A DNA stretch of 64,000 nucleotides from Vampirovibrionales bacterium (GTDB lineage Bacteria > Cyanobacteriota > Vampirovibrionia > Vampirovibrionales > Vampirovibrionaceae): contig JAJCZA010000005.1 of the NCBI GenBank assembly GCA_029262635.1, forward strand, positions 535,135 to 599,134, written 5' to 3'. The position numbers and the translations under genes were made by a program. Shown in pieces: positions 1-9,324 of the stretch; positions within the stretch are counted from its first letter, which is position 1, and every line of letters starts with the position of its first letter. The notes beneath the pieces were generated by a model, which had not been told where the DNA came from, did not search any database, and saw nothing but the letters and a program-made list of their open reading frames with translations.

Positions 1-63
1 CTAAAAAGGAAGCCTTATATTAATGATTCAATGGTTAGGTTTTAATGTTGGTGATTGGCCGTT

Positions 64-846
64 ATGGATGATAGAGAGTCGATTAATCATTTTTCGTCTT
101 TTATAGAACAGGCGAAAATTAAAGCGTCAGATCTGATGCCGTTTGAGGATTGGCTTGGAGGCCATGGCGCAAAAACGGTTGAACTCGGTGAGGGAAATTG
201 GCCTGAGAGGAATCGGGAAGGTAATCCTGTTTATATGCCGGACGTTTCTGGAGTGCTTCCTAAGAAACCTCTGGAATCTATGCAGGAACAGGTGGATGTT
301 CTCGCTGCGCATATGAAAAACCAGCTAGGCGAACACCAACAAGCGATTTCAAATACGGGCCGCCTTTTCGATCAGCTGCTTTGGGAGCTTGAAAACCTGT
401 GCATGTGCTTTCAGGAATCGTTATCATCGAAAGGAGTGCCGACGGACCAGATTTATTCCCGAATTGACCCGGATCGGTCTGTGGGGATTCTCAATGTGCT
501 ATGGCACACCGTGAGTTTTACGGCACGAGGGAACACAAGGCCGATGGCCATGTATCGCTTTGGACGAGAACCACTGTTTACCGGGCGTATTGTTGCATTA
601 AGGGGTGATTATCTTGAAATGACCAATGGTAATTTAATGCCCGAATTTTCAGAGTTGCTCTCCCAAGAAGTGGCATCACTTTATATTCCTTCCGAAGTAG
701 ATACACCAGCTGTTCTGAGTATTAAGCATCTTGGAGATGAGGAGCAGTACCTGAACCAAGGGGAAGCGGCTCGCCAGTTTTTGCTCAAGGTCATTGAGAT
801 GGTTTGCGCAGGCGGGTATTTTCACGAGAAAGAATATTACTCATAA
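64..846 (+). CDS. hypothetical protein (ORF track begins at TTG 55; first ATG at 64)
   Basis: long uninterrupted ORF with coding-like composition; no recognisable motif; start uncertain. Confidence 0.4.
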   Translation: MDDRESINHFSSFIEQAKIKASDLMPFEDWLGGHGAKTVELGEGNWPERNREGNPVYMPDVSGVLPKKPLESMQEQVDVLAAHMKNQLGEHQQAISNTGRLFDQLLWELENLCMCFQESLSSKGVPTDQIYSRIDPDRSVGILNVLWHTVSFTARGNTRPMAMYRFGREPLFTGRIVALRGDYLEMTNGNLMPEFSELLSQEVASLYIPSEVDTPAVLSIKHLGDEEQYLNQGEAARQFLLKVIEMVCAGGYFHEKEYYS

Positions 847-849
847 AAA

Positions 850-892
850 GACGAGCGGCTTGGCAAGGGGTTGGGCCGGTCTGCTTTTTAGA
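850..892. terminator. bidirectional rho-independent terminator between convergent genes
   Basis: imperfect GC stem gagcggc(853-859)/gccggtc(875-881) followed by TTTTT on + strand; A-run upstream gives a U-tract for the minus-strand transcript too. Confidence 0.4.
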
Positions 893-905
893 AACGAAGC
901 CCTTG

Positions 906-1850
906 CTATGCGGCAAAGAAACCTTGGTTAAAATTAAAGCTGGAATAAGCCGGGTTAGCGTAGTTAACAATCATTCCCGGGTTAATGGGGTTTAATACTA
1001 GGGCTGAGGCTTGACCTGCTGCTTGCGCGCCCAGGAAGCCAGCGTTGGCATTACCCCCTTGAGGGCCAATGGAGGTGATAAAAGTGCCAAATGGGCTAAC
1101 TAACCGACCACCGGCGCCACCTTGCCCTTGCATGTTGGTCATTTGTTGTTGGAATGGGTTAACGGGCCCAAATCCTGGCATACCGCCAGAGAGGGGCGAA
1201 TTTTGTTGTATACCCAGACCGGAGATAGCTTGTTGTGGATTTCGGCCTGTTAATTGATTCATGAGAAAGCTACCACCGCCGGTGGCGAGAAAATTCATGA
1301 AGTTGGATGTGTCGGGTCTGGCAACCGGGGCCGAAAAACCACCGGGCTGTCCGAAGCCAAAAGGTTGGGAAGGTTGAGCAAGGGCGGGTTGTCCGCCAAA
1401 CCCTTGAGTGGTGCCGTTAAGGCCGCCAAAGCCAAGTGGACTTGCTGTTCCTAAGCTTTGCCCCATACTGACTGGGTTTAGTAAGGAGTTACTAAAGGCC
1501 CCACCTTGCATCATGCTGGTTGGCGCTAATGGGTTGGGGTTTGGACCAAAGGAACCAAAAGGAGCCCCGTTAAAAGGATCATACGGTGTGACCTGAAGCG
1601 GGTTGAATGGATTGACCTGGCCAAACGAGTTCGGTTGGATTGGATTGAAGCGACCAAAGGGCTGAGCAAACGGTGAGGCAACACCCAAGCCATTGACGGT
1701 ATTTGCGGGTGTGATGGGTAAGGGACCTGCCAATGAGGTTGAAACACCCATGGGGCCGAGTGAGACATTGCCGTTGCCATTAACTGTTCCCGTGCCCATG
1801 CCAAACGGCGTTAATGAAAAGCCACTAGCGTTGTTGATAGGGAATGACAT
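906..1850 (-). CDS. Gly/Pro/Asn/Gln-rich low-complexity protein with FG-type motifs (PFG, GFG, FGQ), no signal peptide
   Basis: 945-nt ORF; SD GGAGGAG about 11 nt upstream of ATG at 1850; highly biased composition; antisense ORFs are Pro/Cys-rich artefacts. Confidence 0.6.
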   Translation of the reverse strand: MSFPINNASGFSLTPFGMGTGTVNGNGNVSLGPMGVSTSLAGPLPITPANTVNGLGVASPFAQPFGRFNPIQPNSFGQVNPFNPLQVTPYDPFNGAPFGSFGPNPNPLAPTSMMQGGAFSNSLLNPVSMGQSLGTASPLGFGGLNGTTQGFGGQPALAQPSQPFGFGQPGGFSAPVARPDTSNFMNFLATGGGSFLMNQLTGRNPQQAISGLGIQQNSPLSGGMPGFGPVNPFQQQMTNMQGQGGAGGRLVSPFGTFITSIGPQGGNANAGFLGAQAAGQASALVLNPINPGMIVNYANPAYSSFNFNQGFFAA

Positions 1851-2161
1851 AAATTGCTTACTCCTCCGACTCTAATCACACCTGATTACGGACAGATGTC
1901 GTCGCCTCTTTCTTTCTTTTCTTCTTCATCCATAGAAGGACGATCGAGCAGGGTCAATTAATTGTTTCACTTCTAACTCATATCTAACTAAAATAACAAT
2001 TCCACTGTTATTTCTTAGAATAATAAAAACAAAAGAATAGGGCAGATTGTCTTTTTCCCTGTTTTTATTAAATAAAAGTTACAAAGTACGGTTAAGCGAG
2101 AGTCTCTAAAAGACCCGGCTTGATTCGAGGAAGGATGGAAAGTGAGGGGTCAGGAGATTTT

Positions 2162-2524
2162 TTAATAATGTTCTTGTAAAGAAGATTCGATCATTTGAGC
2201 AATGGTTGGAATCAGGCTTTTTTGGAGATCGTCCGGAGTGTCCTGCAAGAGTTGCATGGCCGAATGAAGGGTTTCATTTAGGTCGTACCACCGGCGTCGC
2301 AGGATCTCGCTTTCAATGGACTCATGATGACACACGGCTTGGTTCAGGGTTTCAATGGGGTTTTGAGCTTCTGCTTCGGTTCGGTGCTCAATAACAATCT
2401 TAATAATATTGAGGGCGACCTGAGCCTGATATTTATCGGAGGCTTGGCGCAGTTGCTCTAACGCCTTACTCAAGGCAGGATCCTTGTCGTACCACCGTTG
2501 ATACTCTCCTGTATTTTCTGGCAT
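2162..2524 (-). CDS. hypothetical protein (120 aa)
   Basis: ORF with ATG; no motif recognised. Confidence 0.4.
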   Translation of the reverse strand: MPENTGEYQRWYDKDPALSKALEQLRQASDKYQAQVALNIIKIVIEHRTEAEAQNPIETLNQAVCHHESIESEILRRRWYDLNETLHSAMQLLQDTPDDLQKSLIPTIAQMIESSLQEHY

Positions 2525-2590
2525 TACTGAGTTTAACTCCCTCTTCAGCTTCTCTCCATTGGATTGAGTTTATTATAACAAGGCCACCCG

Positions 2591-2620
2591 TTGACAAGCA
2601 CCATCCATTGGGACCATAAT
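2591..2620 (+). promoter_or_regulatory. sigma70-like promoter for the tRNA gene (TTGACA-N18-CATAAT)
   Basis: TTGACA at 2591-2596, CATAAT at 2615-2620, 24 nt upstream of the mature tRNA 5' end. Confidence 0.5.
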
Positions 2621-2644
2621 AAAAAATTAAAAATTGTGGCATAT

Positions 2645-2718
2645 GGCATAGTAGCTCAGCTGGTTAGAGCACACGGTTCATACCCGTGCGGTCGGTGGTT
2701 CGAATCCACCCTATGCCA
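2645..2718 (+). tRNA. tRNA-Met (anticodon CAT; elongator-type or possibly tRNA-Ile2/lysidine; not initiator since 1:72 is G:C)
   Basis: manual cloverleaf: acceptor GGCATAG/CTATGCC, D-stem GCTC/GAGC, anticodon stem CACGG/CCGTG with loop TTCATAC, T-stem GGTGG/CCACC with TTCGAAT loop; 74 nt; CCA not encoded. Confidence 0.9.
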
Positions 2719-2759
2719 GTTTTTTATGACCCGTTTTATGAAAAGAAGAGGAGCCGATT

Positions 2760-3026
2760 TTGTCCACCCTACCACCACCTGCTTTAAAAACAGCGATTAT
2801 CCTGCTGTTTAAATCAGCACCTCCGTTTGTCCTTTATTCGGAACAGCCGGAGGCTCTTTATGAGGAATTGAAAGGTGTGATTCGTTCGGTCAATATGGCG
2901 TCACCCAAGCTGATTGAAAAACAGGGCCATGGTCCCATCAAGAAGGTGACGTTCCTCGATACCGAGTTATTGGGTGTGTCGCTCCAGATGGGGGTTGTTC
3001 CGCAGTTTCCGATGACCCAGGCCTAG
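2760..3026 (+). CDS. possible small hypothetical protein (88 aa, TTG start)
   Basis: ORF only; convergent with TPR gene; no SD or motif. Confidence 0.2.
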   Translation: MSTLPPPALKTAIILLFKSAPPFVLYSEQPEALYEELKGVIRSVNMASPKLIEKQGHGPIKKVTFLDTELLGVSLQMGVVPQFPMTQA

Positions 3027-3955
3027 ACTTCCAGTAATTTATTTTCAAGCAAGGTGATATGTTGTCGGATTTCATCGATTTCTGAAGGGTTGCTTGTTTG
3101 TTCTAGGTATTGCTTAAAGATCTCAAGGGCTTCCTGATAGCGCTCCAGTTTTTCGAAAGCGTAACCCAAATTGTTAAGGGCAGTGGCGTAATCTGGATCC
3201 AGTTCAATGGCCTTTTGGTACTTAGCAATGGCCTGTTCCGGTTCATTTTTACAATAGTAGGCCAGTCCTAGTTGGTTATAGGCTTTGGCGTAGTTGGCGT
3301 CAACTTCAATGGTCTTTTGGCAATATTCAATGGTGCGCTCCCATTGGCCGCTTTTAGCCAGTGAGATAGAGAGCTCATAGTTACCTTCCAGATGGTTGGG
3401 GTCGATTTCCAGTACTTTGAGATAGGCTTCAATGGCCTCTTCAAACTGTTGGTTGCGATCATACAGCTTGCCGAGAAATAGCCAGGCGTTTTTATTATAA
3501 GGATCAGATTCCACGGCACCTTTATAAGACTCAATGGCTTTGTCATTATCGCCCCGGTTTTCATGAATGAGTCCGATACAATAAAGAGAATCACTGTCAT
3601 CGGGCTTAATTTCCAGTGCCTGCTCAAAGTATTGTTGTGCCTGGTCATATTGTTCGTCCGTATAGTAAAGTCGTGCCCGGTTGTAGAGGGCGTCGGAATC
3701 CTGCGGATCGAGTTCGATGGTTTTCTCAAAATACTCAATGGCTTTTTTTATATCCCCTTGATGTTGGGCCACCAACCCCAGGGTATAATAAGCGGGAGTG
3801 TAGCCAGATGAGAGGGCTAGGGCCTTTAGAAGATCCTGTTGTGCTTTCTCCATCAGTCCGCTCCGATAAAAGTCCAATGCTCGATTGTAATACCATTCCG
3901 GTGACCGGGTGGCGATTTGGAAATAGAAATAAAGGCCGCCCGCAATGCCCGCCAA
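3023..3955 (-). CDS. TPR-repeat protein, probably membrane-anchored
   Basis: about 7 tetratricopeptide repeats (AxxYYxLGxxyxxxGxxxxAxxxyxKALEldP pattern); ORF track start is TTG; in-frame upstream extension encodes a hydrophobic helix (NFPIIIWIVIGLILLL) back to a TGA at about 4051 with no ATG/GTG, so the true start is unresolved. Confidence 0.7.
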   Translation of the reverse strand: MAGIAGGLYFYFQIATRSPEWYYNRALDFYRSGLMEKAQQDLLKALALSSGYTPAYYTLGLVAQHQGDIKKAIEYFEKTIELDPQDSDALYNRARLYYTDEQYDQAQQYFEQALEIKPDDSDSLYCIGLIHENRGDNDKAIESYKGAVESDPYNKNAWLFLGKLYDRNQQFEEAIEAYLKVLEIDPNHLEGNYELSISLAKSGQWERTIEYCQKTIEVDANYAKAYNQLGLAYYCKNEPEQAIAKYQKAIELDPDYATALNNLGYAFEKLERYQEALEIFKQYLEQTSNPSEIDEIRQHITLLENKLLEV

Positions 3956-4098
3956 AAGTAGGATAAGACCAATAACAATCCAGATAATAATGGGGAAGTT
4001 CTCCGCTTTATGGTTCTGTTTTTCCCGCTTTTTATAAAAAAGTATTTTTATAAAATAGTATCCCTGATCCCCGTGTATGGACGCATCCTCTGAACGTC

Positions 4099-4671
4099 TT
4101 AAAATGCAATTTCAGACCGGGCATTCCCAAGCAGAGAAACGGTTGAGAAGTCGAGTGAAAACTCGCAACGCTCCGCATGGGCCAGCGCATACCCACCCAT
4201 GTTCAGCTCGATGCCGCCACTGGCATAAACCTGATCTTTTTTTGTGGACCATGTAAGGGAAGGCGCTTTAAGAGAACTGCCAGACTGATCGATGCTGGTG
4301 ACGGTTACTCCGTCCGTCAGGACCACGGCTTTATCTTTATCCACATAGGTTCCTTTTGGGGCGGTAAACGTAACGACGGGTTCGCCAGCGTCATTATAAA
4401 AGGTGCCCGAAATGTTCGTCAGGTTAGCTCCCGATTGGTCTTTGTAGTAAACGGTTTCCCGAACCTGAAGTTCCCACTTTTTGTGTTCTTTTTCGGTCAC
4501 GGTGAAGGTAACGTTCTCACCGGTAATGTCGCCGATGGGTTTACCGTTATTAGTCGAGCTTTCTGGATCAGGGGCACCGTTCATATAATAGCCGGTAAAA
4601 AGGAGGGAAAAAAGGCCGCCCAGAAGAATCAGACCTAAAATAGTATAAATTAATGTTTTTTGAGGGGCCAT
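4099..4671 (-). CDS. LptC-like membrane-anchored periplasmic protein (N-terminal TM, beta-rich body)
   Basis: 190 aa, single N-terminal TM helix then beta-strand-rich domain with LptC-like size and pattern; assignment is tentative. Confidence 0.4.
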   Translation of the reverse strand: MAPQKTLIYTILGLILLGGLFSLLFTGYYMNGAPDPESSTNNGKPIGDITGENVTFTVTEKEHKKWELQVRETVYYKDQSGANLTNISGTFYNDAGEPVVTFTAPKGTYVDKDKAVVLTDGVTVTSIDQSGSSLKAPSLTWSTKKDQVYASGGIELNMGGYALAHAERCEFSLDFSTVSLLGNARSEIAF

Positions 4672-4691
4672 GGGGGTAAATGTCCTGTTGG

Positions 4692-5585
4692 TTAAACCCG
4701 GGAGAAAACGCTTTCATTATAGCGCAACCCGTTCGGAGGTGTGACAGAGAAATGAGAAGGTATGACCGAGTGGGTTGATTTGGAAATGTGGGGGCGAAGC
4801 AAGGGACGGTGCCCAAATCCGTCGGAAGCAGTCTGTTGGAATGCCTGATAGGCCTTGTTATAAAAGGGGATGGCCAGGGGGGTGATGTGTTGTCCAAGCT
4901 GTTCGTATTTGTAATGAATTCCGTTTAAAATTCGATTGATCCGTTGTTTTTCATCCGGCGTGCTGATTAGTCCCGCTGAAATCCAATTTTTAAGGGCCTG
5001 GAGTAGTGGGGTTTTTTGATCCAGTTGATGGATTTTGAGCAAATCCAGAGTGGGCCAGTGGTTCGAGTTTAGGTGGCGAGATAAATAAGGGTAAAACGGA
5101 ATTTGGAAACTCTTCCAGAGGGTGGGGTTGTTAATCAGGGCGGTGGATAACCGGGTTAATGCCTGGTCTCGTTGTTCAGGGGAAAGGTGGTAGTCGGTTA
5201 TGCGTCCGAAAAAACGGGAAAAACTTAGGTCGGCAAACTCATTATTTTCCATCAGCTGATGGAATAGAGTGGCCTCTTTGGCGTCTTCACGGCACTCGAA
5301 ACGCAAGGTTCCATTGATGTGCAATTGCCAATAGGGCTTGGTTTGCCAAGTTTCTTTTTTCCAAATAATCAGATATAGAGTGTTGTTATTGGGCGCCCAT
5401 CCCATGGTCCATTCATTGGCCGGTAAGTTGTCATATAATAGGTTAATGGGGTCGTCGTATTCAGGTTTTAATCGATGCCAGCCTTTTTCCATCAGCTGAT
5501 GAAGGCACGACCGGGCTTCTTCGGAAGAGAAAAGAGGAGGTGTCTGTTTTTCAGGTAGGGTCGGAGTGGGAAAAAGGGTCATCAT
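4692..5585 (-). CDS. hypothetical protein (297 aa)
   Basis: long ORF, no motif recognised. Confidence 0.45.
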   Translation of the reverse strand: MMTLFPTPTLPEKQTPPLFSSEEARSCLHQLMEKGWHRLKPEYDDPINLLYDNLPANEWTMGWAPNNNTLYLIIWKKETWQTKPYWQLHINGTLRFECREDAKEATLFHQLMENNEFADLSFSRFFGRITDYHLSPEQRDQALTRLSTALINNPTLWKSFQIPFYPYLSRHLNSNHWPTLDLLKIHQLDQKTPLLQALKNWISAGLISTPDEKQRINRILNGIHYKYEQLGQHITPLAIPFYNKAYQAFQQTASDGFGHRPLLRPHISKSTHSVIPSHFSVTPPNGLRYNESVFSRV

Positions 5586-5678
5586 AGAGGCTCATCGAGT
5601 TTTTTTTGGCTCATGGGTGTGTCATATAATACAAAAGCTTCTGAACATTTTTTTGTGCGAGGATAAGCGAGCTTCCGA

Positions 5679-6365
5679 TTAAAAGGATAGGGGATTGACG
5701 GATGGTGGCGGCTCGATTGGGAGGGTTAGTCCGATTAGAGTGAGCAGGGTGGTGGTGATCGCACCACTGATTTGCAAGAAAAGAATCATCGCAACAGGAA
5801 GGATCGCAATCAGGCTTCGTTGCCAGCTTGCGTTGGAGTAGGCTTGCGTACCTAATGTCATGAGGGTTAGACTCCAAAGGGTGATGACGATCAGGGTGAC
5901 GACTTGAGTTATCATTAGGGCTGTGGTGTTCTGAATGAAAAAAAGAAGGGGGAAAAGAATAAGGTTGATCATAAGCAGGGAGGGTAAGGTGAAAAACAAA
6001 CATAACATGAAGACTTGTCGCCAATGAAGTGGTGCTTTAACCACGTGGCTGGTTCCCCAGAGAAAGAGAAACAGAACTGAAGGCCCCAGAATAAGGAGTT
6101 GCCAGGAGTGGATCAGCGTTTGAAAGTAGGTTGCTATAACTGAAAGAGTTTTCTTCCAAAGGTTTTGAGCTGTTATTTCAAGCCCATGGGTGGCCATGAT
6201 CTCGTGAAGAACGCTGAGTAAGAAGGTGATACCCAACATGCCAATCCATAAAGTCGCCAGTGTCTGCTTATTCCAATGATTGTTTTTATCTTTCTGAAAA
6301 AAACGGGAAGGGGCGATGAATAAATCCCGATAACCTTCGAGAACGGTTTGGCGTTTAATACACAT
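5679..6365 (-). CDS. polytopic membrane protein, Yip1-like topology
   Basis: soluble N-terminus then about 5 TM helices; last gene of the paa-like operon direction. Confidence 0.4.
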   Translation of the reverse strand: MCIKRQTVLEGYRDLFIAPSRFFQKDKNNHWNKQTLATLWIGMLGITFLLSVLHEIMATHGLEITAQNLWKKTLSVIATYFQTLIHSWQLLILGPSVLFLFLWGTSHVVKAPLHWRQVFMLCLFFTLPSLLMINLILFPLLFFIQNTTALMITQVVTLIVITLWSLTLMTLGTQAYSNASWQRSLIAILPVAMILFLQISGAITTTLLTLIGLTLPIEPPPSVNPLSF

Positions 6366-6377
6366 GACGAACTCGAC

Positions 6378-7598
6378 TTAAACCTTTTCAACAATCGTGG
6401 CAATGCCTTGTCCGACGCCAATACACATGGTGGCTAGACCGTAGCGACAATTGTCCCGGCGCATCATCTCGTAAATTAGGGTGGTCATGATTCTTGCCCC
6501 ACTACATCCTAGTGGATGCCCGAGTGCGATAGCGCCTCCGTTGACATTAATTTTAGAGACGTCGGCACCCAGCTCCTGAATACAAGCTAATGATTGAGCG
6601 GCGAAGGCCTCGTTGAGCTCAATAAGGTCAATTTGTTCCAATGTTAGTCCTGCCCGTTTTAAGGCTTTACGGGTGGCGGGTACGGGCCCCAATCCCATGT
6701 AGGCTGGATTAACCCCAGCAACTGACGTTGATCGAATACGAACCTTTGGGGTTAGTCCAAGTTCAAGCGCTTTCGCTTCTGACATAACGAGCAAGGCGGC
6801 GGCGCCATCGTTAATGCCGGATGAGTTTCCTGCCGTAACGCTTCCTCCCTCTTTAAATGCCGGTTTTAACGTGTGTAGTTTTTCCAACAGGGTGTCTGGG
6901 CGGGGATGCTCATCCGTATCCACAATAATGGGATCTTTCTTTTTTTGAGGAATAGTGACTGGAATAATTTCGTCTTTAAACCGGCCTTCGCTCATGGCTT
7001 TGCCCGCTTTCTGCTGACTATCAAAGGCAAACTGATCCTGCGCTTCTTGGGAGAGTTGAAATTTTTCGGCCACGTTTTCGGCTGTTTCGCCCATGCCGTA
7101 AGGGTAGTGCAATTGAGCCAGCTTCGGGTTGGTGAACCGCCAGCCGATGGTCGTATCAAAGAGGTCTGTCTTCCGGGAAAAAGCGGTGGGTGCCTTGGCC
7201 AGAACAAACGGTGCGCGGGTCATGCTTTCTACACCACCTGCAATGTAACACTCCGCCTCACCGGCTATAATGGCGTGGCTGGCCTGATTAATGGCCATAA
7301 GGCCTGAGCCACAGAGTCGGTTTACAGTGCCGCCAGCAATGGTTTCCGGGAGTTCGGCGAGTAGGACCGCCATCCGGGCCACGTTTCGATTGTCTTCGCC
7401 TGCTTGATTGGCGGCACCTAGAATCACGTCTTCAATGAGCGTTGGGTCCAGTTGGGGGTTACGCCGAACCAGTTCTTTCAGGACCAGAGCCGCTAAATCG
7501 TCTGGACGAACCGAGGCCAAGCTACCGGAAAATCGACCGACCGGGGTTCGGATAGCGTCAACAATGACGGGCGTGGTTTCCGGGGTGGTCGGGTTCAT
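6378..7598 (-). CDS. 3-oxoadipyl-CoA/3-oxoacyl-CoA thiolase (PaaJ/PcaF-like)
   Basis: thiolase signatures NRLCGSGL (active Cys), GGVESM, C-terminal GLATMCIGVGQG; start overlaps upstream gene by 4 nt. Confidence 0.9.
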   Translation of the reverse strand: MNPTTPETTPVIVDAIRTPVGRFSGSLASVRPDDLAALVLKELVRRNPQLDPTLIEDVILGAANQAGEDNRNVARMAVLLAELPETIAGGTVNRLCGSGLMAINQASHAIIAGEAECYIAGGVESMTRAPFVLAKAPTAFSRKTDLFDTTIGWRFTNPKLAQLHYPYGMGETAENVAEKFQLSQEAQDQFAFDSQQKAGKAMSEGRFKDEIIPVTIPQKKKDPIIVDTDEHPRPDTLLEKLHTLKPAFKEGGSVTAGNSSGINDGAAALLVMSEAKALELGLTPKVRIRSTSVAGVNPAYMGLGPVPATRKALKRAGLTLEQIDLIELNEAFAAQSLACIQELGADVSKINVNGGAIALGHPLGCSGARIMTTLIYEMMRRDNCRYGLATMCIGVGQGIATIVEKV

Positions 7599-8401
7599 GA
7601 CGAGGTTTCCTCCAGTTCGGTCTTGCTACCTTCGTAAATATAGAAACCTTCGCCGGTTTTAACACCAAGCTTGCCGGAGCCAGCCATCTGCTTGAGTAGA
7701 AGCACCGGACGGTAACGGTCTTCAAAATATTCGTTGACTAATGTGTCGAGAATCTGACAGATAACGTCGATACCGATTTTATCGGCCCATGCCAGTGGAC
7801 CTTCCGGGTAGTTCGTACCCAGCTTCATGGCGGTGTCAATATCTTCAGGGCTCGCCACGCCTTCCATTACGGCAGAAGCCGCCTCATTAACGAGCATAGC
7901 AAGCACTCTAGGGAGAACCAGTCCGGGGGTGTCCGTAATTTCATAAGCCTTGACCTGAAGGGATTGGAACAGATTTTTAGCCTTGGCTAGCGCTTCAGGG
8001 TCGGTGGCCTTGGTGGGCGCGAACTCAATAACGTGACGGCCTTGATAAAAGGCCAGCGGAGAGTACATGATGAGCCGGGAGATTACTTCTCTGTCAAAGA
8101 AGGGAGTATCATAGGTGGTTGCATAGCCTGAGGTGCTAATGCCTGATAAGAGAACAATGGGATGATGCTCTTCAGATAGGGCTTCCAGAAATTCTGGAAG
8201 ACTATGGTAGTCCATCCAGCCGTGATGGCAAATAATAACAAAGTCGGGCAGTTCATGAGCCTCTAGGGGTTCTTCCGGGATACTTTCCACATCGTCAATG
8301 TCATCGTAAATATGAACCTGATGTCCTGCCGTGCGACAGAGACTGAAAAAGGTTTGGGTAATCACATCCTGGGGCTTGCCCAGCAGAAAAATTTTACTCA
8401 T
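7595..8401 (-). CDS. 3-hydroxyacyl-CoA dehydrogenase-like protein with degenerate NAD-binding and catalytic motifs
   Basis: C-terminal 3HCDH dimerisation domain intact (PGLVLPRVLAMLVNEA...), but N-terminal GxGxxG replaced by LLGKPQD and the HFFNP catalytic-His region replaced by MYSPLAF. Confidence 0.65.
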   Translation of the reverse strand: MSKIFLLGKPQDVITQTFFSLCRTAGHQVHIYDDIDDVESIPEEPLEAHELPDFVIICHHGWMDYHSLPEFLEALSEEHHPIVLLSGISTSGYATTYDTPFFDREVISRLIMYSPLAFYQGRHVIEFAPTKATDPEALAKAKNLFQSLQVKAYEITDTPGLVLPRVLAMLVNEAASAVMEGVASPEDIDTAMKLGTNYPEGPLAWADKIGIDVICQILDTLVNEYFEDRYRPVLLLKQMAGSGKLGVKTGEGFYIYEGSKTELEETSS

Positions 8402-8427
8402 GGTAAGGGCTGAACTTTCTCGATGGT

Positions 8428-9324
8428 CTAGGCTTTCTTTGAGTCGTAGGTGTAAAATCCCTGATTGGTTTTTCGTCCCAACAGGCCGGCATCAACCATG
8501 CGACGTTGAATAATATGGGGTTTATAACGAGGTTCGTGGAAATAAGCTTCATAAACAGACTGAGTTACGGCGAAGTTGACGTCCAGTCCGATGAGATCCA
8601 TTAGCTCGAAGGGTCCCATCTTAAAGCCACCAGCTTCTTTTAAGACTTCATCAATGGTCTCATGAGATGTCGCTTGTTCTCCCAGAAGTCGGAGAGCTTC
8701 ACCGTAAAAGGGTCGAGCCACTCGGTTCACAATAAAACCCGGTGTGTCTTTGGCGATAACCGGGGTTTTACCGACGGCCTGAGCGAATACTTTTAAGGTC
8801 TCAATGATACGGGGATCTGTTCGTTCGCCCCGGATAATTTCAACGAGTTTCATCAGAGGCACTGGGTTAAAGAAATGGAGACCTGCTATTCGATCCGGAT
8901 TTTTGGTTGCGCCCGCAATTTCAGTGACGGAGAGCGACGAGGTATTGGAGGATAAAATTGTCCCGTCGGGAGCTAAGGCATCTAGCTCTTGAAAGATCTC
9001 TTTTTTGAGAGCCATGTTTTCCGGCACGGCTTCAATCACCAAATCGCACTGAGCCGTCTCTTTAAGCTTTAGTGTGGTGATCAGGTTTTCGTTGACCCGC
9101 TGAAGGTCATCGTCCGTTAGCTTGCCTCGGGCCTTTCCTTTGGCTAGTGAGGTTTCAATCTGGGTACGGCCCCGTTTGAGGAAGTCTTCCTTAATATCAA
9201 ACAGAACCACCTGAAACCCCTTGAGAGCAGAAATTTGGCCAATCCCTGCTCCCATCGTACCGGCGCCAACAATCCCGACCCGTTTAATGGTTTCAACAGG
9301 AGGGGTATCAGTTTTTTTGCTCAT
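8428..9324 (-). CDS. 3-hydroxyacyl-CoA dehydrogenase (PaaH/Hbd-type)
   Basis: GIVGAGTMGAGI Rossmann motif, HFFNPVPLMKLVEI catalytic region, C-terminal 3HCDH domain. Confidence 0.9.
   Translation of the reverse strand: MSKKTDTPPVETIKRVGIVGAGTMGAGIGQISALKGFQVVLFDIKEDFLKRGRTQIETSLAKGKARGKLTDDDLQRVNENLITTLKLKETAQCDLVIEAVPENMALKKEIFQELDALAPDGTILSSNTSSLSVTEIAGATKNPDRIAGLHFFNPVPLMKLVEIIRGERTDPRIIETLKVFAQAVGKTPVIAKDTPGFIVNRVARPFYGEALRLLGEQATSHETIDEVLKEAGGFKMGPFELMDLIGLDVNFAVTQSVYEAYFHEPRYKPHIIQRRMVDAGLLGRKTNQGFYTYDSKKA

Noticed and set aside
1069-1875. Several 60-66-aa plus-strand ORFs (Pro/Cys/Gly-rich) opposite the Gly-rich gene
   Set aside because: Antisense of Gly codons (GGN read as NCC gives Pro/Ala); no independent support.
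2591-2812. 73-aa ORF spanning the tRNA-Met gene
   Set aside because: Overlaps a canonical tRNA; spurious.
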